A stretch of DNA of 64,000 bases from Octopus sinensis (lineage: Eukaryota). The stretch spans positions 91,264,001-91,328,000 of the forward strand of contig NC_043001.1 in the NCBI RefSeq assembly GCF_006345805.1, written 5' to 3'. Made by a program: the position numbers and the translations under genes. This document shows positions 1-10,799 of this stretch, piece after piece. The notes under the pieces were generated by a model. It saw only the letters and a program-made list of their open reading frames with translations, did not search any database and was not told where the DNA came from. Numbering within the stretch: the stretch's first letter is position 1; the number at the start of each line of letters is the position of its first letter.

Positions 1-198
1 TAAAAATGGTCCAGCAGAGAATTAGTTGAGATGAAAAAAGTAAAAAAAAAATAGTCATGAGTGGAAAAAGGAAAAAAATTAGTCAAGAGTGGAAAACATG
101 AAGATTAGTTAAGAGAAAAAGGCTTTCAAAGCTTGCTGTCGAAATATTACCAAACTTTTCAGCATACATGTCAATGTATATAATATATACATTGACAA

Positions 199-606
199 GG
201 CGCAAGAGTAGCTGTGTGGTAAGTAGCTTGCTAACCAACCACATGATTCCGGGTTCAGTCCCACTGCGTGGCATCTTGGGCAAGTGTCTTCTGCTATAGC
301 TTTGGGCCGACCAAAGCCTTGTGAGTGGATTTGGTAGACGGAAACTGAAAGAAGCCCGTCGTATATATGTATATATATGTATGCGTGTGTGTGTTTGTGT
401 GTCTGTGATGGTCCCCCTAGCATTGCTTGACAACCGATGCTGGTGTGTTTATGTCCCCGTTACTTAGCGGTTCGGCAAAAGAGACCGATAGCATAAGTAC
501 TGGGCTTACAAAAGAATAAGTCCCGGGGTCGAGTTGCTCGATTAAAGGCGGTGCTCCAGCATGGCCGCAGTCAAATCACTGAAACAAGTAAAAGAGTAAA
601 AAGAGT
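199..606 (+). mobile_element. tRNA-derived CORE-type SINE, family A
   Basis: A-box (TAGCTGTGTGG), B-box (GGTTCAGTCCC), CORE-like GGCATCTTGGGCAAGTGTC, internal TA/TG microsatellite, tail (GAGTAAAA)n. More than 12 related copies in the window. Confidence 0.9.
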
Positions 607-699
607 ATATATATATATATAATGTAAGCATTCAAATATTGTCACTTTCTTTTCTAATATTGTTGCATTTCACATGGAATTTTGGGTCCTCCAAAGTTG

Positions 700-1730
700 T
701 CTCAGCATTTTTTTGGCAGCTTATAGGGGAGGGGTCTAGTTGATTACATCGTCCCCAGTGTTTCACTGGTATTTAATTTATCGACCTCGAAAGGCTGAAA
801 GGCATTGTCGATCTCAGCAGCGACCATATATAATCATTTCTGCTAAAAGTACAAGGCCTGAAATTTGAGGGTGGGAAGGGGACTAGTTGATTAAATCTAC
901 CCCAGTGTTTCACTGGTACTTATTTTTATCAACCTTGAAATGATGAAATGCAAAGTTGATCTCAGTGGGAATTTGAACTCAGAATGGGAAGATGGACGAA
1001 ATGTTGCTAAGCATTTTGCCCAGCTTGCTAATGAATCTGCCAGCTTGTCCCCTTATTAATAATAATAATGATAATAATAATAATAATGGTTTCAAATTTT
1101 GACACAGTCAACAGCTTTGGGGGATGGGGTAAGTCGATTACATCGACCCCAATGTTTAACTGGTACCTATTTTATCAACCTCGGATGGATTAAAAGCTAT
1201 GTCGACCTTGGCAGAATTTGAACTCAGATCGTTAGGACAGATGAAATGCTGCTAAGCATTTGGCCCGGCATGCTAATGATTCTGTCAGTTCACCACCTTT
1301 ATAATAATAATAATAATAATAATCCTTCCTACAAAAGGCACAAGGCTAGAAATTTTGGGGTAAGGAGGATGGGTTGATTACATCCATTCCCAGTATTTTA
1401 CTGGTATCTAATTTATCAACTCCGAAAGGATGAAAGGCAAAGTCGACCTCAGTGGAATCTGAACTCAGAACGTAGCAACGGGCGAAATACCTATTTCTTT
1501 ACTACCCACAAGGGGCTAAACACAGAGAGGACAAACAAGGACAAACAAAGGGGTTAAGTCGATTATATCGACCCCAGTGCGTAACTGGTACTTATTTAAT
1601 CGACCCCGAAAGGATGAAAGGCAAAGTCGACCTCGGCGGAATTTGAACTCAGAACGTCTTTAAGGCGGACGAAATGCTGCTAAGCATTTTGCCCGGAGTG
1701 CTAACGATTCTGCCAGCTCACTGCCTTTAT
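700..1730 (-). mobile_element. Head-to-tail array of about five family-B tRNA-derived SINEs separated by (AAT)n
   Basis: Repeated unit ...TCGATTACATCGACCCCAG..CTGGTAC..AAAGGCAAAGTCGACCTCGGCGGAATTTGAACTCAGAAC.. (reverse of B-box GAGTTCAAATTCC), all in the same orientation. Confidence 0.9.
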
Positions 1731-1737
1731 ATTGATG

Positions 1738-1786
<49 letters not shown>

Positions 1787-1792
1787 ACATAC

Positions 1793-2209
1793 CGTCCTCT
1801 GAGTTAAGTTTGGCGAATAGATCAAAGCGGTAAAATCCAGGTGACGGACATCTTATGGCGAAGCTTACGATATCTCCATTTCGATAATAGTATGTATAAT
1901 CAGAAACGTCAGTGAAAGTGTTTTCTGATTGGTGAATAAGCTTACAGAAGTAATCAATATTGGCTGGGATTTTAATTTGAAAAGAACACTGGCCTGTAGT
2001 GGAGATTCTTTGATATCCAGGGCCATCTTCGATAAAGTGGAGACCTAACGAGCGGAACTTCCCCATTGATCCAACTTTGTCGTTTGTCACCGATGGGTAG
2101 GGGTATACAACACCCAGGTCCTCGTTGCATCTCAACATGTAATTGCAAATATTGGAGAATTCGTTGTCATTTGGGTCGTTCTTGGCATACATTTGCAGTG
2201 CATACTGAC
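1793..2209 (-). CDS. Hillarin/KY-like protein exon (GQYALQMYA...LNSED); gene probably continues beyond the window start
   Basis: Acceptor catttcAG at 2211-2210 (G+GT = Gly, LPKKG|QYAL), donor G|GTATGT at 1792, 417 nt (phase 1 to 1). Ig-like repeat motif P..G.Y.F.LFA. Confidence 0.9.
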
Positions 2210-2399
2210 CTGAAATGATGAATATAGAATAGGTGACAACATACAACAATATCAAAAACAGTGATTCATTAATAAACAGTAACGTCAACCAGAACAACAA
2301 CGTCAGTAATGAAGCTGAGGAAGGAGCCGCTATATGGTTGCTTGACATGCTGGAAATAAGGGCCAAATCTTCCTCAGTTACTTTATTACTATCTGTTTC

Positions 2400-2625
2400 A
2401 TTATTACCCAGAAGGGGCTAAACATAGAGGGGACAAACAAGGACAGACAAACGGATTAAGTCGATTATATCGACCCCAGTGTGTAACTGGTACTTATTTA
2501 ATCGACCCCGAAAGGATGAAAGGCAAAGTCGACTTCTGTGGAATTTGAACTCAGAACGTAGCGGCAGACGAAATACCGCTAAGCATTTCGCCCGGCGTGC
2601 TAACGTTTCTGCCAGCTCGCCGCCT
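2400..2625 (-). mobile_element. Family-B SINE, full-length long-tail form
   Basis: Head GGCGAGCTGGCAGAAACGTTAGC through tail GTTTAGCCCCTT on the minus strand. Confidence 0.9.
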
Positions 2626-2655
2626 TTATTACTATCATTAAGGAAAATATTAGAT

Positions 2656-2760
2656 TAGCGATCCCCAACCTTTTGTGCACCATGGATCTATTTCATGCAA
2701 GACAATTTTTGCACAGACGAAGGACAATGCATAAATCAAAACACAAAGTGTAATAATATG
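2656..2760. mobile_element. hAT/Charlie (MER1-like) transposon terminus remnant
   Basis: TAGCGATCCCCAACCTTTTGTGCACC..GACAATTTTTGCACAGAC resembles the recalled MER1/Charlie3 end. Related ends at 20148-20255 and, inverted, at 42105-42185. Confidence 0.55.
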
Positions 2761-2983
2761 TAATTTAAGTATTGGTTTAAATTTTGGTCCAAGGCCGGCA
2801 ATTTTGGGGGAAGAGATACGTTGATTATATCGATTCCAGTGCTCAACTGGTACTTATTTTATTGACCCCACAAAAGATGAAAGACAAAGTCGACTTCGAC
2901 AGAAATTGAACTCAGAACGTAAAGATAAAAAAAGTAAGATATTTCTACGCATTTTACCAGCTCACAACAACGTTCAACCGGTA

Positions 2984-3257
2984 CAACTTGAACACTTTGT
3001 TCAGAACCGGCAAACGTGGCGCTTCCTCTGAGACGAAGAAGCTGCACACTTTGAACTAATCCGACGTGAGAAACTTGAGGAAAAGAGACGTCAACGTCGT
3101 CTCAGACTCACCAACAACATAATGGCCAACTTCCCTTGTCATCTGTGTTCAAAGACAAGCCATTCCAAGATCGGGCAGTTTTCACATCTATCAACCCACA
3201 AACTGTAGGATACGACTCCTAGAGGACAACAAGTCGTCTTCAACATTGACGGACAGC
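2984..3257 (+). mobile_element. RTE/BovB-clade LINE 3' end (5'-truncated, decayed)
   Basis: Translates as QNRQTWRFL*DEEAAHFELIRREKLEEKRRQRR...FPCHLCSKTSHSKIGQFSHLSTH, matching the RTE ORF C-terminal C2H2-like motif. 3' end GACGGACAGC. Confidence 0.75.
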
Positions 3258-3310
3258 TTTAAGCTAAGCTAATGATTACATATGTGATACATATATATTA
3301 CATATATATA

Positions 3311-3465
3311 GGCGCCGGCGTGGTTGTGTGGTATGAAGGTTGCTTCCCAACGACATGGTTTTGGGTTCAGTCCCATTGTGCGGTACCTTGGGCAAGTGTC
3401 TTCTACTATAGCCTCGGGCCGACCAAAGAGTGGATTTGGTAGACGGAAACTGAAAGAAGCCTGTC

Positions 3466-3524
<59 letters not shown>

Positions 3525-3727
3525 TATGTGTGTTTGTCCCCCCCCCCAACATCGCTTGACAACCGATGCTGGTGTGTTTATGTCCCCCGTAACTTAGCAG
3601 TTCGGCAAAAGAGACCGATAGAATAAGTACTAGGCTTACAAAGAATAAGTCCTGGGGTCGATTTGCTCGACTAAAAGGCGGTGCTCCAGCATGGCCACAG
3701 TCACATGACTGAAACAAATAAAAGAGT
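3311..3727 (+). mobile_element. Family-A SINE with expanded internal (TA)n
   Basis: Full head-to-tail match to the copy at 199-606. Confidence 0.9.
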
Positions 3728-4586
3728 ATGAAGAACCCAGTGATTTAACATTGATAAAAGTACATATAAACTTCAATTCCAATTCGGTAGATTCCGCAAG
3801 CAATTTAGCTTCCAATTTCTAACGTGTGCACGAAGCGAATTTCGTTGTCCAAATATGTGGGTATGTTTAAATGTCAAACAGCGTTCTTTAACACTAATAC
3901 AAGTAGGGAATATAGCGGATATATAAGAATAAACATTGATTTATCTGCTGTATTATCCGCCGAAAATAGAATTAATTATTTAATCTTTTGTAATCAGAGG
4001 TATCCATCAGCAAACAGGTGACTTCCGGAATAGTGGTGATGGGGCAATAAGATGGCTGTCGTAACATTTTATATCTTTTCCAATCGAGATAACCGCAGCT
4101 GGAAATGGAAACGACTCCCAAGTTGAAATATTTGTTCGCTTTGTATGTGTATTTTTTTAATGATAGCACAAACCATAAAGAGAAGACAGTTCGGTAGTGA
4201 GTGAAAGACAGAAATGCCGCGAGGAATATTTAGTTTACTAAAAGAGGGGACAGATATTTATATATGATAACTGTATGATATGGAGATTAGTAACTTTCTA
4301 AACAAATATACTTTAGTATAGGTAATATATATATATATATATAAGGCCCCACTCCCACACCCTTCTGTCATATTTCTGTTAGCATACAACGCCTTTGTTT
4401 CAATTAATTTTGAAAAGAATGAATTTAGTAAAATTAAACTAGTGTTTGGAACAAATTAACCAGGTTTGCTTGAAAGTAATTTAGCTCACTTAAAAAAAAA
4501 TTGTATAGGACTACGTGCAGTCTCAGACAGATAGGGAAAATAACTAGCAAAACGCATATAAACAGATATAAGATAAAGTGATTTAC

Positions 4587-5566
4587 CTTTTTTAGGGAGT
4601 CTTACAAGCACCGTAGCAACTCCATTAACTATTTCACAGAGAATATGATCAGCAATCTCCTCTTCGTCTTCAGATACTAGTCGATGTAAAAGATCCACGT
4701 TTTTCTCCAAAGCAAACTTTAGCTCGACTTCTCCATCGTACACATCAATTTTACCTCTCAAATGAGTTATGGGTGTAATGCCATAATTGAACAAATGCAT
4801 TCCAGGACCCCACTCAGCTTTGGGGTTCGGCGGCAGAGGAGAACAATCCGACAGAGGAGAGTTGCAATAGAGCACGTATGAACACAGCCATTCCAATTTG
4901 CTCCTAGAATCTCGTCCAAAGATTTCAGCTTTGAACTTTCCAATAATAGGAAATCTTACTTCGATACACAATTTTTTATTTTCAATGTCTCTTTCGAGTA
5001 ACATGTATTTTGCAAGTTCTTTTTTGTCGTCGGGGTTGCCAATTTTGTTTGATCTGTAGAGTTCAAAAGAGAATGACAAGTCAGTACGTGTAACACCAAG
5101 TTCAATGTTAACAAGACCATCTACTGATTGAAGACTGCACCAAACGTGGCTTTTGACAGTGAGACCGAACTCAAAGAAATGAGGCTTTAGATAAAGAGCT
5201 TTCTGAAATTCATTTTTCGTTAAAGGTCGTGCTAGTAGCTGCCAAATTTCTTCGTCCGGAAAGTGACTATATATAAATTTTTCTGGATCAGTCAAGAAAT
5301 AAAACTCATCAAACTCATAAATATTTTGAACAATGGAGTCGTCTATATCGCTGCTGTTGGCTTGCTGACATTCAACCAATTGCCATTCTTCAGCTTCCAC
5401 TCCAGATATCTTGCGCGATGCCCAATGAACATCTATCAGGTACCATGTGTCTTTTATAAGGACTGCATTCCAGATGTTTCTCGTGCTTGGGGTAAGAGGG
5501 TCACCAACATTAAATCCAACTCCTTTTGAATGGCCTTGTATTGAAACTGAGGATATATCAGCAAGC
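4587..5566 (-). CDS. Hillarin/KY-like protein exon: transglutaminase-like core plus KY-type Ig-like repeats
   Basis: Acceptor ttaatttcAG at 5568-5567 completes CG+G (Arg), giving MCR|LADISSVSIQGHSKG. Contains WNAV, LIDVHW and DEFYFLTDPEKFIYSHFP..WQLLARP family motifs. Donor G|GTAAAT at 4586. 980 nt. Confidence 0.95.
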
Positions 5567-5814
5567 CTGAAATTAAATGCTAAAAGTGAGATTGAATCAA
5601 CCACACATACACATTCACACTGAAAAGTACGTATAAAAATAAAATACAAAAATATAAATGTAGGAATACTTAAATTGATAATAATTTCCTCAGATACGAT
5701 CGTTGCGTATGAAATGATGTCACATACAAAAGAAAAAAAGCAAGAAAGGAAAAAACCCCAGTTCTATTCCGTATCTGCAATATCACTTCTTTCATCTACA
5801 TCTAAATTACTATA

Positions 5815-6200
5815 TTTTTTTTATCTGTTAGATTTGAAGGAAGGGACAGTGCCTCCGACCGTCGCAGGCGCTCTGAGATTGTTACTCGGTGAGATTGTTT
5901 TTGTTAACGTTCCGTTTAAACCGTTTCAAGTCGACACGTGTAGGTAAAGAATTTCAGTGTTGACATTCTGGGAAGAAAAGACTGGGACGTGTAGTGAATG
6001 ATATTAAGAGGAGAAATAAGTTAGTTTGGAGTGCCTGAGTAAGGGTGGCACGAAAGCAACCAGATCCGAGGAGTAAAAGCCATTGTTGCAGCGGTAATAA
6101 AGGCAAAGAAAGATAATAACCACATCAGTGAGTGACTTTAGGATACTCTGCCGTGTTAGATGACTAGATGCCTATTCTTGACAGTCAGGAAAACAATGTA
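5815..6200 (-). mobile_element. CR1/Zenon- or Jockey-like LINE 3' remnant with A-tail
   Basis: Broken translation LCLYYRCNNGFYSSDL...FFP..*NSLPTRVDLKRFKRNVN. Poly-A on the minus strand near 5815. Confidence 0.55.
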
Positions 6201-6724
6201 GAACACGAACTATTATAAGAAACATATTCCTATAAGAAATGCACTAAAACACCAATAACAGATGTTAATTTAAGCTACATCTCATCTAAACCTAACTTTA
6301 TTTACTCAACAATCTGGTGTGTATCTGTTGTAGAGGTACTGACCAGTTTCCAGGAAAACAAGTCTGTGAGTAGGCTTCGACTCACAACTGGATAAATTCG
6401 ATTTTACTTGTATTCATTAATGCTGTTAGGCCAGGTATGACCGTTTTGTCATTTATGTACAGTCAAAATCTTTGAGAGAATTAAGAGTAATTAAGTAGAT
6501 AGATTATACGACAGTCAGTTAGAGCTGACGGTTCTATAGTTTCATGCTATATCGCTTGGTTACTTATCGCCTGGGCTGTTCTATACTCACGGTCAAGGCT
6601 TTTAACACACTCCTGCTTAATGTGCTTAGTTGTGAATTGGACAGGATCGAAGAGGCCGATAAAAAGAAAAAAAGCAGATAAATATTAAACACAATATAAC
6701 ATATCATTACCGATGTCATATAAC

Positions 6725-7108
6725 GTCGTGGCATTCCGTCGGTTACGACGACGAGGGTTCCAGTTGATCCGATCAACGGAACAGCCTGTTCGTGAAATTA
6801 ACGTGCAAGTGGCTGAGCACTCCACAGACACGTGTACCCTTAACGTAATTCTCGGGGAGATTCAGCGTGGCACTAAGTGTGATAAGGCTGGCCCTTTGAA
6901 ATACAGGTACAACAGAAACAGGAAGAAAGAGTGAGAGAAAGTCGTGGTGAAAGGATACAGCAGGGTTCCCCCCCCCCCCTGCCGGAGCCTCGTGGAGTTT
7001 CATGTGTTTACGTTCAATAAACACTCACAATGCCCGGTCTGGGAATCGAAACTGCGATCCTACGACCGCGAGTTCGCTGCCCTAACCATTGGGCCATTAC
7101 GCCTCCAC
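6725..7108 (-). mobile_element. tRNA-derived SINE, family C, with 10-bp target-site duplication
   Basis: Head GTGGAGGCGTAATGGCCCAATGGTTAGGG..GTTTCGATTCCC. TSD GTCATATAAC at 6715-6724 and 7109-7118. A 5' part recurs at 44640-44755. Confidence 0.85.
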
Positions 7109-7109
7109 G

Positions 7110-7460
7110 TCATATAACATATGTGCTTTGTTTTCGTACTTATTAGTTGCTGGATTGCATCAGGAAGAAAGCCTTTTGAAAACGCCAAATGTTAACACTG
7201 AATACATCAAACCAGGCGAGACAACTTGCCCCGTAGGTGAACGAGAGCGATGGCTATCGATACCCTGTGTTTTTCAACACCTCGAAACGAATTTGAACCG
7301 CTTGGTCTGATATATATATATATATTTGAATTATAAGCAGCTCTAATAATGTGAACATTATTGATGTTACGTACTGTATGTCTTAAAGGCACTTTCCTCC
7401 TGATACAATCCTGCAGCTAATAAACGCATAAACAAAACGCATACATTAAATATGTGACGT
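7110..7460. mobile_element. Decayed MITE-like element with imperfect terminal inverted repeats
   Basis: 7142-7173 (ATTAGTTGCTGGATTGCATCAGGAAGAAAGCC) is the imperfect reverse complement of 7388-7421. Weaker similarity extends outward. Confidence 0.45.
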
Positions 7461-7799
7461 CACGATTATGCTTTTGGAGCTGCTTCAAAACATAACTTAG
7501 AAAGAAATGATTTTTTTTCTCAGCTATGGTTTTGTTCACATTCTTTGCTTAATCCAAACGAATCTTTGATAACAACAAACAAGCCGAAACTTCGAGGTCA
7601 CTGCTAACCTTTTCATTATAATAATTGATATGTATTCTGCTAAGAAGTATTGAGTGAGCTCTTAGTTTAAATGTGAAGTTTTTATATGTAAGTTGATATA
7701 AAAACACCCACCGTATAAGTTGTACTGTTTTGTATACGATTTTAACTGAAAAATTGTGGTGTAACCTATACCCAACTAAATACGAAGTGTGTGTGTGTA

Positions 7800-8258
7800 T
7801 ACGAAGGTCGCTGAAAAATTCATAGGCTGACGATAAGAGAGTCATGCTAGAGCTGGGAAATCTTTGACGAGTCAATTTCAAATCTTGATAACAGCATTGC
7901 TTTTTTCCAGGTAAACTGAGTTCTGATTGTTCAAAGAAAACTTCAAATGTAACTAGTAGCGATTTCTCTTGAAATTGGACAAAATTTGGCATTGTGGTGT
8001 TATCAAGTACCTACAGAAAAAGGCTTTGGCCCCAAGGAAATTCATGTTGATATGGTTGTTACATTATAGGATGATGCTCCAGGTTTATCAATAGGCGTAG
8101 GAGTGGCTGTGTGGTAAGTATCTTGCTTACCAGCCACATGGTTCCGGGTTCAGTCCCACTGCGTGGCACCTTGGGCAAGTGTTTTCTACTATAGCCTCGG
8201 GCCGACCAAATCTTTGTGAGTGGATTTGGTAGACGGAAACTGAAAGACGCCCGTCGTA

Positions 8259-8292
<34 letters not shown>

Positions 8293-9440
8293 CGTGTGTG
8301 TGTATATGTTTGTGTCTGTCTGTGTTTGTCCCACCAATATCGCTTGACAACCGATGCTGGTGTGTTTATGTCCCTGTAACTTAGCGGTTCGGCAAAAAGA
8401 CACCGATAGAATAAGTACTAGGCTTACAAAAGAATAAGTCATGGGGGCGATTTCCTCGACTAAATGCGGTACTCTAGCATGGCCACAGTCAAATGACTGA
8501 AACGAGTAAAAGGGTAATAGTGCAGAAATGGACAGCTGAATTTTGGAAGCGAAGGGAAAGGCTTGAAGATGATCCAATGTCTGGACGTCCTGCAACTGCT
8601 ATCACCGAGGAAAGCATTGATCGTGTTCATCACCTCGATGATAGGCGATTGACAATAAATCAAATGGCTAATGCTATTAACATATCCTGTAAGAGAATAT
8701 TCTCCACTATGAACTTAGCACGACAAGCATTTCTGCTGGTGTGTGCCAAGTCTTCTGACACCTGATCAAAAGCGCAACCATGCTGATCACATGACGGGGA
8801 AATCTGACCTTGTTCGAGGCAAATCCACGCAGTTTCCTTGAAGGTTTTCCAATCCTGGATGAGTGTTGGGTTCATCACTTTGATGAACCAAGGTTGTTTC
8901 AAACTTAAGCCATCAGCTTCCATATGAAGATGATGACGTAAGGTTTTGGGGATGCAAAAGGTATTGTGTTTATTGACTATCTTCAAAAGGGCTACACTAT
9001 CAACGGAGAGAGTACTATGCCAACTTGATGAAGCAGTTACGAAAGGCTCTCAGTAGCAAACGCCCATGAAATCTGACGAAAGGGGTCTTGTTTTATCAGG
9101 ACAAAGCTCCAGTACACAAGTCCTTGGTTTCAATGGGTGCTGTGTGTGACTGTGGTTTTGAAATGGTTGATCGCCCTCCCTATTCTCCTGATTTGGCCGT
9201 ATCTGACTATCATCTCTTCCCAACATGAACAAATATTTGGCTGGGAACCAGTATTGCAGTGATGATGACGTCATATCTTCTTTTTGATCAAAGGATGAAA
9301 TATTTAGCAATGAGAACCAAGCACTGCAACACCAATCGAAGTAGTGTATAAATCACAAGGGGAACTGTGTTGAAAAATAGACCTCATTTGACCACATTAC
9401 ATGAGAGTGTCTTGGTCAATCTATGAGCTTTTTAGCCGGT
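7800..9440 (+). mobile_element. Decayed mariner (SETMAR-like transposase) interrupted by a family-A SINE
   Basis: Left TIR TA|CGAAGGTCGCTGAAAAATTCATAGGCTGA, eroded right TIR near 9416-9438. Fragments VQKWTAEF..EDDPMSGRP, DECWVHHFD, PPYSPDLAVSDYHLF. Confidence 0.85.
8094..8515 (+). mobile_element. Family-A SINE nested in the mariner transposase
   Basis: Full-length copy flanked by a short AATAG duplication. The mariner reading frame resumes across it. Confidence 0.9.
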
Positions 9441-9442
9441 GC

Positions 9443-10736
9443 TTGCGGGCGTTCAATAAGTAATGCCCCTGACCCACTTCCCATAGCAGTAGAGCAACGA
9501 AACTTGGCACAGGTATTAGTCTTTTTCAGCATAGGAACAACCCAGAGTTACGCATTTCTCCCATCGTTTGATACAGCTCTGGAGACCGTTTTCATAGAAG
9601 ACCCCAGCTTGGTCCTCCAACCACGACGTGACTTCAGAAAGCAAGGCCGCATCATCTGGGAAACGCTTTCCTTTCAAAAACAACTTCATGGCTGGGAAGA
9701 GGTGAAAATCAGAGGGTGCAAGGTCAGGAGAGTAGGGGGATGGGGGAAGTGTTCATAGCCGCACGCCTGTGCTTCTGATCTGGCGACACGCGAGTTGTGG
9801 ACCGGGGCGTTATCCTGCAGGAGGAGGATGCCTTTGCTGATCTTGCCCCGCCTCTTGGTTTTGATAGCTTCTCTTAATTTCCTCAAAAGTGAAGCATGAT
9901 AGGCTCCTGTAATTGTGGTACCCTTTGCCAGGAAATCTGTCATCACTACTCCGTCCTGGTCCCAGAAGACTGTGAGCATGACCTTGCCAGCGGAGGGCTG
10001 CACCCTTGCCTTCTTTGGAGGAGGTGAGTCATGGTGCTTCCACTGCATTGACCGGGCTTTGGTCTCTGGATCATGGTGAAGGACCCGGGTCTCATCCTGT
10101 GTAATCAGTCTTTTGAAAAATCTTGACTCATCTTCTTGGCACATCCCTAAATTCATCCTCGAGCACTCGACGCGTTCTTGCTTCAGGAAAAGTGTGAGCA
10201 ACCTGGGAATCCCTCTGGCAGACACCTTTTGCATATGCAAATGGTCATGAATGATAGTTTCCACAGACCCGGTACTAATCTTGACCTCATGGGCTATTTG
10301 GCGAATAGTTATGCGTCCATCTTCCAAAATGGCAGCCTCAACTTGACGGACAGATGCCTCATCAATGGCAGAAGGGGTGCGACTAGATCTGGGAGCTGTT
10401 TCCACAGTGTTCCGACCATGTTTGAATTCACGATGCCAGCGTTTTACAAGGTCATATGATGGGGCATCATCACCATAAGTTATTTTCATTTCATCAAAAG
10501 TCTCCTGTGGTGTGCGTCATTTCAAATACAAAAACCGGATCACTTCTCGACACTCAACAGGCTCCATTTCCCACTTGACTCATTTCAAACACATGTAAAT
10601 CAGAAACCACTATTAGTTCGGAGCTGTAATTTGCCACTTAATCTATAGAGATATAAATAATTATACTTGCAAAATCTCAGCTAGATCAAACAACGGCAAG
10701 TGGGTCAGAGGCATTACTTATTGAACGCCCCTCGTA
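9443..10736 (-). mobile_element. Near full-length mariner element (about 1.29 kb)
   Basis: TIRs GGGCGTTCAATAAGTAATGCC(C/T)CTGACCCACTT at 9447-9480 and about 10697-10734. TA at 10735-10736. The outermost ~4 nt of the left TIR are altered. Confidence 0.95.
9516..10567 (-). pseudogene. Mariner DD34D transposase pseudogene (about 350 codons)
   Basis: ATG 10567, in-frame TGA at 10519-10517, 1-nt deletion in a C run at HPP-YSPDL, stop TAA 9518-9516. Triad DET / DNA / YSPDLAPSD with 34-residue spacing. WVPR is degraded to GIPR. Confidence 0.9.
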
Positions 10737-10753
10737 TATATTATATATACATA

Positions 10754-10799
<46 letters not shown>

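Noticed and set aside
1785-1792. Stop codon ending ORF 1785-2366 as the gene's 3' end
   Set aside because: A strong phase-1 donor (G|GTATGT) precedes it and the Ig-like repeat is incomplete, so the stop is probably intronic. The hydrophobic N-terminus of that ORF is also intron.
7060-7108. tRNA-like sequences (also near 12850, 18250, 38510, 44700, 56290)
   Set aside because: They have A/B boxes but continue into SINE bodies and lack a proper acceptor stem, so they are SINE heads.
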